Source of the DNA: Leucoraja ocellata
Lineage: Eukaryota
Assembly: GCA_036785375.1 (NCBI GenBank)
Contig: JAWMAR010000878.1
Span: 372,001-436,000, forward strand
Length of the DNA: 64,000 bases
Reading direction: 5' to 3'
Each line of letters begins with the position of its first letter. The stretch's first letter is position 1. The notes beneath the pieces are model-generated. The model made no database searches. It saw nothing but the letters and a program-made list of their open reading frames with translations, and was not told where the DNA came from. Below are positions 40,101 to 52,454 of the stretch, one piece after another. A program made the position numbers and the translations under genes.

Positions 40101-40622
40101 AAACCCACTAAACCCCTCAAAACCCATCTACCCCCCCCCCCAAACCCCGTAAACCCCTGTAAACATCTCTAAACAACTAAAAAAACCCTCTAAACCCCTA
40201 AAAACCCATCAAAACACGTACACCCCCTGTAACCCCTTTAAACCCATATAAACCACTGTACATCCCTCTGAACCCCTGTAAATCCCTCTAACCTCCTCTA
40301 AACACCTCTAAACACTTGTAAACCCCGGTAAACCCCGCTAAGCCCCAGTAAACGCCAGTAAACCCCTCTAGATCCCTGTAAACCTCTATAAACCCATCTA
40401 AACACACCATTATATACCTCTAAACCCCTGGAAACCCCTCTAAAACCATCAAAACCTCTGTAAACCCCTCTAAACCTCTCTACACCTATAAACACCTGTA
40501 TACCCCTTTAAACCTATCTAAACCCTCTAAAAAGCCCTCTAAACCCCAGTAAGCCCATCTAAACCCCTTGTATACCCCATGTAGGCCCCCTTAAACCCAT
40601 GTAAACCCCATGTAAACCCCCC
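37175..40622 (+). repeat. Degenerate 10-11 bp satellite (TAAACCCCTC/TAAACCCCTG)n, ~3.4 kb
   Basis: Continuous TAAAC(C)n units with strong C/A strand bias and local higher-order duplications. Confidence 0.95.
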
Positions 40623-40930
40623 CTGGGGGTGGGGGGGGCGGCGGCGGCGTACTGGGACGGCGGCCTGGACTCGGAGCAACAATTTTTTTGCGCCCCTAAA
40701 AATTTAGCGCCCGGGGCAACCGCCCCCACCCCACGCCACTGGCTGTGTCTACCAAAGGTTGTATCTACCAAGGGATGTGTTTACCAAGGGTTGTGACTAC
40801 AAAGGGTTGTGTCTATCTCGTGGGTCTGGTGCGAAAGGGGCGAGCCTGGAGTGTAGAGTGTGAACCTCGTCCGCAAACTGCGAGCCGGGCGCACAAGCTG
40901 CGAGCCAGGTGCGAAAAGAGCGAGTCTCAG

Positions 40931-41154
40931 TAAATGGGGAATTAGAGGAGGGCACCAATAAATGGTGAATTAGTGGAGCGCAACATTAAATGGGGAATTA
41001 GTGGAGCGCAATACTAAATGGGGAATTAGTGGAGCGCACCTATAAATGGGGAATTAGTGGAGCGCAACATTAAATGGTGAATTAGTGGAGCGCAACGTTA
41101 AATGGGGAATTAGGGGAGCGCATCATTAAATGGGGTATTAGGGGAGGGCAACAG
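40931..41154 (+). repeat. 28-bp minisatellite, 8 copies
   Basis: TAAATGGGGAATTAGTGGAGCGCAACAT at 40931, 40959, 40987, 41015, 41043, 41071, 41099, 41127. Confidence 0.95.
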
Positions 41155-42022
41155 TAAACATTGGCGCAGCGGTAGAGTTGCTGCCTCACAGGTTCAGACC
41201 CGGGTTCGATTCCGACCACGGCCGCCGGCTGCGCGGTTAATACGTTCTCCCCGTGACCGCGTGGATTTTCTCCAGAGATGCTGCCTGCCCCGCTGTTACT
41301 ACAGAGTTTTGTGACCACATATGTTAGATCTGCGTTTCTGAGTTCAAGCTATCCAGCACGGTGGCACAGCGGTAGAGTTGCTGCCTGACAGCGCCAGAGA
41401 CGCGGGTTCAATCCCGACTAAGGGTGCTGTCTGTGTGGAGTGTGCACGTTCTCCCCCAGACCACGAGGATTTTCTCCGACATCTTCGGTTTCCTCCCGAA
41501 CTCCAAGGACGCGCAGGCGTGTAGATATACAGGTTTAAATGTAAATTGTCCCCAGTGTGTGTCGGACATCGACAATGTGTGGGGGTCGCTGGTCAGTGCC
41601 GACTCGCACAGTTCCTTTTCGAGACCCTTTTGCCCACAGATGCTGTCTGTCACGCTGGGTTACTCCAGCTTTTTGTGTATATCTTCGGTTGAAAGCAGCA
41701 TCTGCAGCTTCTACATGTGCGAAGCAGTACTTGCGTCTGGATATTTGCGGGGTTTAGAGGAGAATTAGAGGGGATTAGATATGTTTGGGGGGTTTTGAGT
41801 GGTTTCGAAGTGTTTAGACGGGTTTAAAGGTGTTTAGAGGGGTTACTCTATGCATTCACAATAATATGTGAATGCATAATTCCGACAGGTAACTGCGCAC
41901 TTCGTCGGAGCACGCTTCATGCAAGCCATCTTAAATGACTACCTAAAATGTCATTTGGCAACCTAAAAAGCTGCCTATGTTGCCCGGCTGCCAACAGGGA
42001 AAAAAAGTTAAGCGAGAGCCCT

Positions 42023-42233
42023 GTGTCTCCTCCCCTTCCTACCTCCGCCTTCGGGCTCCTCCTCCTTTTTCCTTTCTTCTCACCGTCTCCCCCCACCCCC
42101 TATCAGTCTGAAGAAGGGATTCGGCCCGAAACGTTGCCTATTTCCTTCGCTCCATAGATGCTGCTGCACCCGCTGAGTTTCTCCAGCATTTTTGTGTACC
42201 TTCGATTTTCCAGCATCTGCAGTTCCTTCTTAA
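42023..42233 (+). mobile_element. Solo Penelope terminal repeat
   Basis: Matches 37025-37174 and extends through the complete tail. Confidence 0.85.
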
Positions 42234-43249
42234 GCAATTTCCCTCCGAGCTGATTCTTTGGCCCTTCCTCGCGGCCTACCTCGGGCTGGAGCTGCGTTTC
42301 CCGTCGGTACCGGCTGGGACTGCAGCTTTGGCGGTGGCACAGCGCTGGGACACCAACATGGAGCGGGTGATGCCCTACCCGGGTCGCCGTGCGGTAAGCT
42401 CCGGAGTGCGGTCACCGCCAACTAACATCCGAGGAGCTGTGGCTGCGGGCGTCCGGCCGCGGGCGGTGCTGGATTTGGAGCACCGTGGAGCCTGGGATCC
42501 GAGATCGCCAGAGTCGAAGCTCCAGTCAGCGCGGCCTGAGGACTTCGGGAGCCGCGGTCTCCAGGGAGGAAGTGGCCGCTCCTGACATTTCCAAGCCGCT
42601 GAGGAGTGTTCACCTGACGCCGGAGTTCCAGCTTCCTGGCAAGAGGGCCTGAAAACATCGGACTGGCTGCGGGGCCACAAATAGGCCCCGACCTCGAGTG
42701 ATTCACAGAGGAAAACGTAACTTTCTGGTGCCTTTCCCCACAGTGGAAATTTTTGATTCTGTTATGGGGGGGGGGGACGTTCTTGTTGAATTCTATAATG
42801 TGTTGTGTCATTTTTCTCTTTTTTAATTTTTCTATAGATGTACGGAAACTTTATTGTTTCTTTTGTGTAAAGCACTTTAGTTTCAACGCGAGTTGATTTA
42901 AACCTGCTATATAAATAAAATTTACTTACTTATAAGGAAACTATGTGTATCATTAAGATCCCCTTTCATCCTTCTAAATTCCAGAGTATACAAGCCCAGC
43001 CGCTCCATTCTCTCAGCATATGACAGTCCCGCCATCCCAGGAATTAACCTTGTGAACCTACGGTGCATTCCCTCAATAGCAAGAATGTCCTTCCTCAATT
43101 TAGGGGACCAAAACTGTGCACAATACTCCAGGTGTGGTCTCACTAGGGCCCTGTACAACTGCAGGACTACTTTGCTCCTATACTCAACTCTTCTTGTTAT
43201 AAAGGCCATGCAAACCTGTTCTCTCGAGCTTGGCAGTCTGAATCTAGTG

Positions 43250-45850
43250 CCATAGCTATTCATAGAATTGGCTGGGATAAACTGGCAAATGTACTTAAAG
43301 GCTAGATATGCAATGGCAAACATTCAAAGAGCCTATGGATGATTTGCACCAATTGTTCACCCCTGTCTGGTGTAAAAATAAAACAGGGAAGGCGGCTCAA
43401 CCGTGGCAAATGATGGAAATTTGGGAATGTTAAATCCAGGCATATAAATTGTCCAGATAAAGCAGCAAACCGGTGGACTGGGAGAAATTTAAAATTTAAC
43501 AGAGGAGGATAAGGCATTGGTGAGGCCAATTCTGGAGTATGGGGTACAATTTTGGTCGCCTAATTATAGGAAGGATGTCAACAAAATAGAGAGAGTACAG
43601 AGGAGATTTACTAGAATGTTGCCTGGGTTTCAGCAACTAAGTTACAGAGAAAGGTTGAACAAGTTAGGGCTTTATTCTTTGGAGCGCAGAAGGTTAAGGG
43701 GGGATTTGATAGAGGTCTTTAAAATGATGAGAGGGATAGAGTTTACGTGGATAAGCTTTTCCCACTGAGAGGAGGGAAGATTCAAACAAGGGGACATGAC
43801 TTGAGAATTAAGGGACAGAAGTTTAGGGGTAACATGAGGGGGAACTTCTTTACTCGGAGAGTGGTGGCTGTGTGGAATGAGCTTCCAGTGAAGGTGGTGG
43901 AGGCAGGTTCGTTTTTATCATTTAAAAATAAATTGGATAGTTATATGGACGAGAAAGGAATGGAGGGTTATGGTCTGAGCGCAGGTGTATGGGACTAGGG
44001 GAGAATACGTGTTCGGCACGGACTAGAAGGGTCGAGATGGCCTGTTTCTGTGCTGTAATTGTTATTTGATTATATGATAAAGGGATTAATTAAGTGGGGG
44101 TAAATAGAGCATGAAAGGAAACTTGCGGGGATAATATTAGTGAAGACAAATATAGGCCCCTTACAGTCGGAAACAGGTTAATTTATAATGGTAAACAAGA
44201 AATTGGCAGATCAGTTAAACAAATACTTTGGTTCTGTCTTCACTAAGGAAGACACAAACAGTCTCCCAGAAATACAAGGGGACCGAGGATCTAGTGGGAG
44301 GGAGGAAGTGAAGGGAATCCACATGATTCAGGAAATGTTGTTGGGTAAACTGTTGGGACAGAAGACATGTAAATCCCCAGGGCCTGATGGTCTGCATCCG
44401 AAACAACACAAGGAGGTGACCCTTGAAATCGCGGATGTATTGGTGATCATTTTCCAATGTTCTATAGACATTCAATTAGTTCCTGTGAACTGGAGGGTAG
44501 CTAATGTAACCCCATTTTTTAAGAAAGAAGGGATAGAGAAAATAGGGAATTATAGACGTTAGCCTGACATCGGTAGTAGGGAAGATGCTTGAGTCGATTA
44601 TTAAAAATGTAATAGCAGCACATTTGGAAAGCAGTGACAGGATCGGGCTGAGTCAGCATGGATTTATGAAGGGAAATTATGCTTGACTCATTTTCTAGAA
44701 TTTTTTGAGTATGTAAGAGGGAAAATGGATAAGGGAGAGCCTGTGGATGTGGTGCATCTGGACTTTCAAAAGGCCTTTGAAAAGAGAACTGGTTGGCAGA
44801 CAGGAAACAAAGAGTAGGAATTAACGGGCCCGTTGTAGAATGTCAGACCGTGACAGGTGGGGTGCCCGCACGGTTCAATGCTAGGATTTTCAATATAGAT
44901 TAACGATTTAGACAAAATAATTAAATTTCGCATCTCCAAGTTTGCGGATGTCACCAAACTGGGTGGTAGTGTGAGCTGTGAGGAGGATTATTTAAGGCTA
45001 CAGGGTGAGTTAGATAGGTTGGGTGAGTGGGCAGATGCACGGCAGATGCAGTATAATGTGGATGAATGTGAGGTCATCCACTTTGGTGGCAAGGACAAGA
45101 AGGCAGATTATTATCTGAATGGTGTCAGATTAGGAAAAGGGGAGGTGCAACGAGACTTGTGTGTCCTTGTACAATTGTCACTGAAAGTAAGCATACAGGT
45201 TAGGCAGGCAGTGAAGAAAGCAACTGGCAAGTTGTCCTTCATAGCGAGAGGATTTGGGTATAGGAGCAAGGAGGTCCAACTGCAGTTGTACAGGGCACTG
45301 GTGAGAACACACCTGAGCATCATGTGCAGTTTTGGACCCTAATTTGCGGAAGGACATTCTTGTCATTGAATGAGTACAGCGTAGGTTCACAGGGTTAATT
45401 CCCGGGATGTCTGGACCGACATATGGTGAAAGAATGGATCGACTGGGCTTAAATGAAGGGATTAAGAAGGATGAGAGGAGATCTTATAGAAACATATACA
45501 ATTATTAAGGGTTTGGACAGGCTGGATGCGGGAAGAATGTTCCTGATGTTGGGGGGAGTTCAGACATATGGGGCACGGTTTAAGAATAAGGTCTAGGTCA
45601 TTTAGTGTTGAGATGAGGAAAAACTTTTTTTTTAGCAAGAGAGTTGTGAATTTGTGGAATTCTCTGTCTCAGAAGGCAGTGGAGGCCAATTCACTGGATG
45701 TTTCCAAGAGAGAGCTATATATACTGCTTGGGGCTAACGGAATCAAGGGATATGGGGAGAAAGCAGGAAATGGGTAATGATTTTGGATGATCATATTGAA
45801 TGGGTGCCGAACGGCTTCCTCCTGCACCTATTTTCTATGTTTCTATATTT
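43250..45850 (+). mobile_element. Old CR1 with nested young CR1 (43513-44075, GATAA TSD)
   Basis: KSPGPDGLHP, SKFAD, CEVIHFGGK motifs; host sequence resumes after the insert. Confidence 0.88.
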
Positions 45851-46090
45851 TACTAATGTGTTCTAAGTAACCTGCGAACCCTGGTGTACCTACTTTCTGC
45901 ACTGTGGAACCTGTCCCTTTCTAAATAACTTGCTAACCTCTGTGCCACTATGCAAAAGAAAATCTTGCCTTCTACATTTAGGAGACAAATAGCCTAAACT
46001 GATTTAACTCTGGAGACTCTTTCTTCTTGGGAATGAACATTCCCCCTGCTCTACGCCAAACCCTTGGTATGACCAGCTTCTACCAAACTA
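45850..46090 (-). mobile_element. Hero/R2-group non-LTR RT fragment
   Basis: WRRAGGMFIPK...NQFR...LNVEGKIFFCIVAQRLASYLE...VQKVGTPGFAGYLEH. Confidence 0.7.
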
Positions 46091-47004
46091 TTGGCCGGAG
46101 CCCCCACGAGAATCTAAGCACATCAGGTGCACTTTTATGTACCCGGTAAGGGCTCTATTTGGTCCCGGGGTGAAGAAGCCTATTCCTGCCATATTACTGC
46201 TCCCACTGCCTTCCACTGTTGTGGCAAAACATCTAACTCTAGGTCTCCTAAGGTGGTAACTGGAGGGAAACACTGGCCCGATATTGGGGCCCATGACGCC
46301 AGGCCCACTCAGTATTCAAACAACGTAAGGTCCGAAAGCACAAGGCCCATTCAGTGTTGGTGTTGCATGATGCCACAGAAAGTAGGCCCAATCTCTATTC
46401 AATGTACTCTGGGCCCAATCACTTTAGTCGCGGTTACCCTGATAGTGCACTGAATGGGCCAAATGCAATCAGCTGAGAGTAGTTCAGGATACCCAACTAG
46501 TGGGATGAGTGGCTTTGTGGCTCCGTGTGGCCTATTCTTAATTTGGGGGCTGATACTACCTCACTCACCCACCATCAAAGGCCCAACCAATGTCTAAGTG
46601 AAAGCTGCCCAAGATGGGTAACAGGCAAATCGATCTGAACTCATTTACTATCCGTTGGAGTAATGTGATCCCAGCTAACTCTAGATGCTGGTGATTAATT
46701 CTTAATGTCTATCATTGTCTCATCTTGCCCGTTCTAGACTCCATGCCCAGAATCATACCCATGTACTTTGCTGATCTCTGTGCCAGTGTCAGTTGTATCA
46801 AGTGTACTCTCATTGCTTTGAAACATTTTTGGAATATTCGACAGTAATATCAGAAGGCATTGTGATATTGCTTAGAGCTTGGTGGAGCAAACAGTTCACC
46901 ACAACGACCTATTTGTAGAAGATCGCTACTGTATAAGGGGCGGTTGTGAAAAGCGCCTACGTGGTCACTCTTCTCCTGGAACTTTGGCATAAAATGCATT
47001 CAAA

Positions 47005-47911
47005 TATAAGGGGGGTGTGCACGTAAGGTCACTGGGTCATAGGGCTTGACGCACGGAGCCACTCAATTCATCTGGAGGACATCCTAACTTCCGGTATATT
47101 TTATTAATGCAAGAAACGCGTACTTTCCTACCTGTTAAAAACCGCCAAAATATTGAATTATAGCGCTGTAAAAAATTGTGTAAGTCGGGGTAAGCGTGAG
47201 AGACATGTACCCAACTTCAAAATTCCAAACGTGAAGCGAAATGAAGGTAAAGAGAAGTGAGAGCTGAAGGGACAACAGCAGCTAAAGTGCTTGGCGAACA
47301 TTGGCCGTGCAGATATCGGAATTGAAAATATTGGGAATCATCGCGTTTGCTCACTGCATTTCATCAACAGTAAGGCATTATTTGTGGTTTTTCTTGATTC
47401 CTTTGGTATCTAAAAAGTCTCAGAAGTGATAAATCTAGCTGTAAATTTTGCTTCAGATGCGTTTTCATTTTGTAGGTAAAAACCCACTTGAGAACCATGG
47501 GAGATTTTAAAATTTTACAGCCTGATTTATCACTTCTGAAACTTTTTAGATGCCAAAGGAATCAAGAAAAAACACAAATAATGCCTTAGTTGATGAAATG
47601 CAGTGAGCAAACGGCCAATGTTCACCAAGCACTCTGGCTGTTGTTGTCCCTTCAGCTCTCACTTCTATCTACCGTCATTTCTACTCCCGTTTGGAATTCT
47701 GAAGTAGGCTAAATGTCTCTCACGCTTATCCCGGTTTCCATAATTATTTACAGCGCAAAAATTGATAATTTCAGCGGGTTTTAACGGACCCACTACGCTG
47801 GAAACAATGGTTAGTGCTTACCTGCAGTTCATCGCTTGTACTCCAGTTTGAGTGGTGTAGCAACAGTACGGGTCATGGGTCGTGACCCGACTGCCGTGAA
47901 ACCTCCCTATA
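47005..47911. mobile_element. Foldback MITE with long internal inverted arms
   Basis: Arms ~47134-47449 and ~47510-47785 are reverse complements; TATA(A)GGG...CCCTATA termini. Confidence 0.8.
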
Positions 47912-47949
47912 CATGACCTTAACGTCATCGGACACCCGAGCGCGCAATG

Positions 47950-50402
47950 GTCGCATAATCGAAGTCACTCCTGTCCCTTCACCGACACCTCGCCCCCGCT
48001 TCCGCCGAGAAATCACCTTCCGTAATCTAAAATCCATCGATCCCCACCATCTCTCTGACCTGCTCTCCACCACTCTCCCCTGGACTCAACCCATATCTCA
48101 CCTGATGATCTCACAAACCATCTCAACTCCACCTTGTCTACCTCCCTAAACATTCTGTCCCCCCTCAAAACAAGAACCGTAACTTTTAACACATCTTCAC
48201 CCTGGTACACACCTGCACTTCGTAAGCTGAAACAGACTGGTCACCGACTTGAACGACTCACAAAGAAATCATCTCTCACAGTCCACCATGAAGCTTACAA
48301 ACTCCACCTCACTGCCTACAAAGATGCCCTCATTGCTGCAAAATCTGCCTATCTCTCCTCCATATTCACCGACCCCTGCCTAAACCATAGAACCCTCTTC
48401 TCCACAGTGGACAACCTCCTCAAGCCTCGAACCAACACTCTCCCTACCTCTACTCCGGATCTCTGCAACTCATTCCTCAACTTTTTCGCTGATAAAATCA
48501 GCACCATCAATCAATCTTTATCCCTTGTACCCGACTCCCCAGCATCTACTCCACCACCTACCAAGGCCCCTCCTTTCAACATCTCCACTGACCTCCTTAC
48601 CCCTCCTCCACACTGCTTCCTCTCCCAGTTTGACCTGGTCACCCCTACTGAAATCTCCAAACTCATCAGCTCTTCCAAACCCACTACCTGCTCCCTCGAC
48701 CCTCTCCCCACTCCCCTGCCGAAGTCCTGCCTCCCCGTTCTCTGCCCCTACCTCACTAATCTCTTCAACTCCTCATTGTCCCAAGGAATTGTCCCCTCCG
48801 CTTTCAAAACTGCTGCTGTCACACCAATCTTAAAGAAACCTGGTCTTGATCCCTCCTCTCTCATTAACTACCGCCCAATCTCAAACCTCCCCTTTCTTTC
48901 AAAAACCCTGGAGTGTATCGTTGCGTCAAAACTTCATTCCCACCTCCTTGCGTATAACCTACTTGAACCCCTCCAATCTGGCTTTCGCCCCCTCCATAGC
49001 ACAGAAACTGCTCTCCTCAAAGTCCTCAACGACCTCCTCACCTCTGCTGACACTGGTTCCCTCAACATCCTCATCCTCCTCGACCTGAGTGCAGCCTTCG
49101 ATACAGTGAACCATAACATCCTGCTTACCAGACTTGGGGACCTTGGCATTGAAGGTTCTGCACTCAGCTGGCTCCGTTCCTACCTTTCCAACAGATCCCA
49201 CTTCATCTCTCTCCATAACCACACCTCTGCTACAGCCACAGTCACTCAAGGCATTCCCCAAGGCTCCGTACTCGGCCTCCTCCTCTTCATCATCTACATC
49301 CTCACCCTTGGTCAGATACTCCGCCACTTCAACCTGGACTTCCACTGTTACGCCGATTACACCCAGATCTACCTCGGCACCAAATCCCCCCACAACCCCC
49401 CCCCTCTCCCATATCAATACCTGTTTGTCAGCTATAAAAACCTGGATGCAACATAACTTCCTCAAACTCAACAGCGATAAAACAGAATTCCTCCTCATAG
49501 GCTCCAAATCCACACTCAGCAAAATCAATAACCCCACTCTCACCATCGACGGCACCACTGTCTCCCCATCTCCCCAGGCCCGCAACCTTGGCGTGATCTT
49601 TGATTCCACCCTCTCCCTTGAGCCTCACATCCTCCATGTCATTAAAACCTCCTTCTTTCACCTCCGCAACATCGCCAAAATCAGACCCCCTCTCACACCT
49701 CCTGCTGCTGAAAGACTCATCCATACCTTCATCTCCTCCCGACTGGACTACTGTAACTCACTTCTCCTTGGCATCAGCTCCACCTACATCAACCGACTCC
49801 AACTGGTCCAGAACGCAGCCGCCCGACTCATCACCCACACCAAATCCTGGCATCACATCACTCCAGTCCTCAAACAACTTCACTGGCTTCCCATCTCCCA
49901 CAGGATCACCTACAAAATCCTGGTCCTCACCTACAAAGCCCTCCACCATCTGCCCCCCCCCATATCTCACTGACCTCCTCTCCCCCTACCAACCCTCACG
50001 GTCCCTCAGATCCACATCAGCCGGTCTCCTCTCCATCCACAAATCCAACCTCCGCAGTTTTGGGGGCAGAGCCTTCTCCAGGGCAGCTCCCAGGCTCTGG
50101 AACTCCCTCCCCCAACTGATCCGCAATTCCGTGTCCCTCACCATCTTCCAGTCCCGCCTCAAGACCCATCTCTTCACCGCTGCCTATACTTAGCCCCACG
50201 TCCCCCTCCCTTTTCATCTGTGCTTGAATTGCCTCATATTGTGTTTTGAATTGAATTCTGCCTTTAATTTGTGTACTAGTCATGTCTCTACTATTTACTT
50301 CATTACACTTACATGTTTTTCCTCTACTTGCTAAATTTTTGTAAGATGTCCTTGAGACTCTTGAAAGGCGCCCATAAATAAAATTTATTATTATTATTAT
50401 TA
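47950..50402 (+). mobile_element. L2-clade LINE, 5'-truncated, RT nearly intact, (TTA)n tail
   Basis: [59 protein letters not shown]; frameshifts in poly-C tracts. Confidence 0.95.
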
Positions 50403-50545
50403 CTACTCGCCAGTGACGATCTGAGAGAAAATATATTGAGGGAAATGGTGGAACGCGAAGAAATACGAGAGCGCATTTATCGTAAGGTGCTGGTTCCTTC
50501 GAGAAACAAATATAGCAAACCAGGTTAGGCTTTTGTAGTTCCGCT

Positions 50546-50551
50546 TTTATT
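50546..50551 (-). terminator. Probable poly(A) signal for membrane mu mRNA
   Basis: AATAAA on minus strand followed by a GT/T-rich tract; alternative AATAAA at 50787-50792. Confidence 0.55.
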
Positions 50552-51394
50552 TGTGATTTAATAGAAACACATTACAGAGACCTTTTTAAAAGCATAACAC
50601 GAAGTGGTCAAAACAACTGAATTCCACACTGAGACCAGGTACATTTAACATGTGGCTCGAGAGTCAAAGGTTAGCTCTGAATTAAGGAAAGGACTATTGA
50701 GCAGAAAAGGAGTAAATAGATATTTGCTGATATGTGCACACGCGTTGGATTGTTGGGTATGTATTTACACGTGCATTTACATGACATTTATTTACAGGCC
50801 TTCGGTTAGGCCGCACTTGGAGGTCAGGTCATCCCTTCAAGGGGATAATGTGGAGGCTTTGGAGAAGATGCAGAAGAGGTTTACTAGAATGCTGCAGCCC
50901 GGGTTAGAATTATTAGCTAGAAGAGGCAAACATGGATTGTTTTCTTTGGCGCATCGGAGGTTGAAGTGGGACACGGTAGAAGTTGTTAGAATAATGACAG
51001 GCATAGAGAGTGTGTCTGAATTTAACATGAAGATTACGATCTCACACAAACAGCGTTCCCGACTTTCTATACAACGGCATTCAACACCGGAAGGACACAA
51101 ATATGGCCCATGCTAAAGAAAAAGAGAATGTATAGGAAAAAAAGATAAAAAGAAGAAAAGAAACGTCTACCGTTTGAGAAAATTGACTTATTTTCACATG
51201 ATATTCAAATTACGGTTAAAATATTTTGATACATTAACGCTATACGAAAGGCAACTAGGCAATATCAAATAAGTCAGATAGACAGAATGAACTATTGTTT
51301 ATGACATTGTCCGCTTCTGATTTGAACATTTCCCTTGGTTACAACGACGTCCATAGACCGGTCAGATAAATACGCGGTTTTCAACATTCAATCG

Positions 51395-51403
51395 TCACTT
51401 GAC
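51395..51403 (-). CDS. IGHM: IgM TM2 exon (VK-stop; KVK cytoplasmic tail)
   Basis: Polypyrimidine tract + TTTACAG|GTC AAG TGA. Confidence 0.92.
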   Translation of the reverse strand, partial: VK

Positions 51404-51537
51404 CTGTAAAGAGAGGGAGAGAATATGAAAGTGTATTAGCAGTCTGTGACTAAGATGCCAGGACATCCAATGAGTGGGACAATCGCTATTTTGCCCTACT
51501 CTTCAATCAGGTGGAAAAGTAAGTGCAATGGACTCAC

Positions 51538-51665
51538 CTTCACCAGAGTTACGGCAGCACCGTAGGAAATGCTCAGGAAGAACAAGATAATGAATGTGGA
51601 AGCGGTTGTCCAGATATTGTCTCTGTCTTCCTCATAGTCCTCTAGAGGAACGTTGTCGGCGTAAT
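51538..51665 (-). CDS. IGHM: IgM TM1 exon
   Basis: DYADNVPLEDYEEDRDNIWTTASTFIILFFLSISYGAAVTLVK (CART motif), AG acceptor, GTGAG donor. Confidence 0.96.
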
Positions 51666-52381
51666 CTACGCAAAGCAGAACGCGAAGACGTTCACAATAT
51701 ATTCTAATCATTGTATTGTATTTATTATTTACCAAAATAATAGGGATATTAATATTAGGGATATTAATTTCCTATGAGCTGTTTTTACGTTGAGGTGATC
51801 ATCCATCCTCAACAATTGTATCCACAACCATGGCCACTTGTAGACACAGCTGCTAATAAACAGCCGTTTATGAATAGTTTTGGGGAAAGCAATGTGTTTG
51901 CATATTTCTGGGATTCATTACTCATTCTATAAACGTCCGCTTCCCATTAATATATTTTACTAACCAGGATGGTATAACACTTGGAGCTGGTTATTGCTTA
52001 CAATGTTATCAGATAACCCTGTATTTGGATATGGTGACCGGAGCTCGGTGAAGGAACTCTCTGAATGGAAACATTGGCTCCCAATAATGTGCCATCATTC
52101 CCACATTAGAACCCTGTTGGCTGATGTATCCTGTTTTCGGTTAGGGGATGGAGGAAGGCTTGTGTACACAAATATAACTTTGAACCATTTGATAGGCATT
52201 ATATTTCTAGTGTAAAATATGGAGCATTAATGATCTACGGTTATACTTAGTTGCTAGGAACGCGGGGAAAACTACTGGATAAATGATCTGATTGGCCCTT
52301 CCGTTTGCCTGTAACTAGCTAGATGTGTATCATCATGTATAAGTTTGCTTAAATTCTAACATTGTTTTCGTATTGGTTCAT

Positions 52382-52383
<2 letters not shown>

Positions 52384-52448
<65 letters not shown>
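52384..52448 (+). repeat. (GT)n microsatellite; a second GA/GT tract between gaps at 53811-53920
   Basis: Direct reading. Confidence 0.95.

Positions 52449-52454
<6 letters not shown>

Noticed and set aside
37175-40622. True telomere array or Ig class-switch region
   Set aside because: Not (TTAGGG)n, lacks AGCT/WGCW density, and lies 3' of the C exons rather than upstream
40931-41154. 28-bp repeat as a CRISPR array
   Set aside because: Contiguous tandem units without spacers; ordinary minisatellite
48134-50193. Active L2 element
   Set aside because: No endonuclease or 5' end; frameshifts; catalytic YADD altered to YADY
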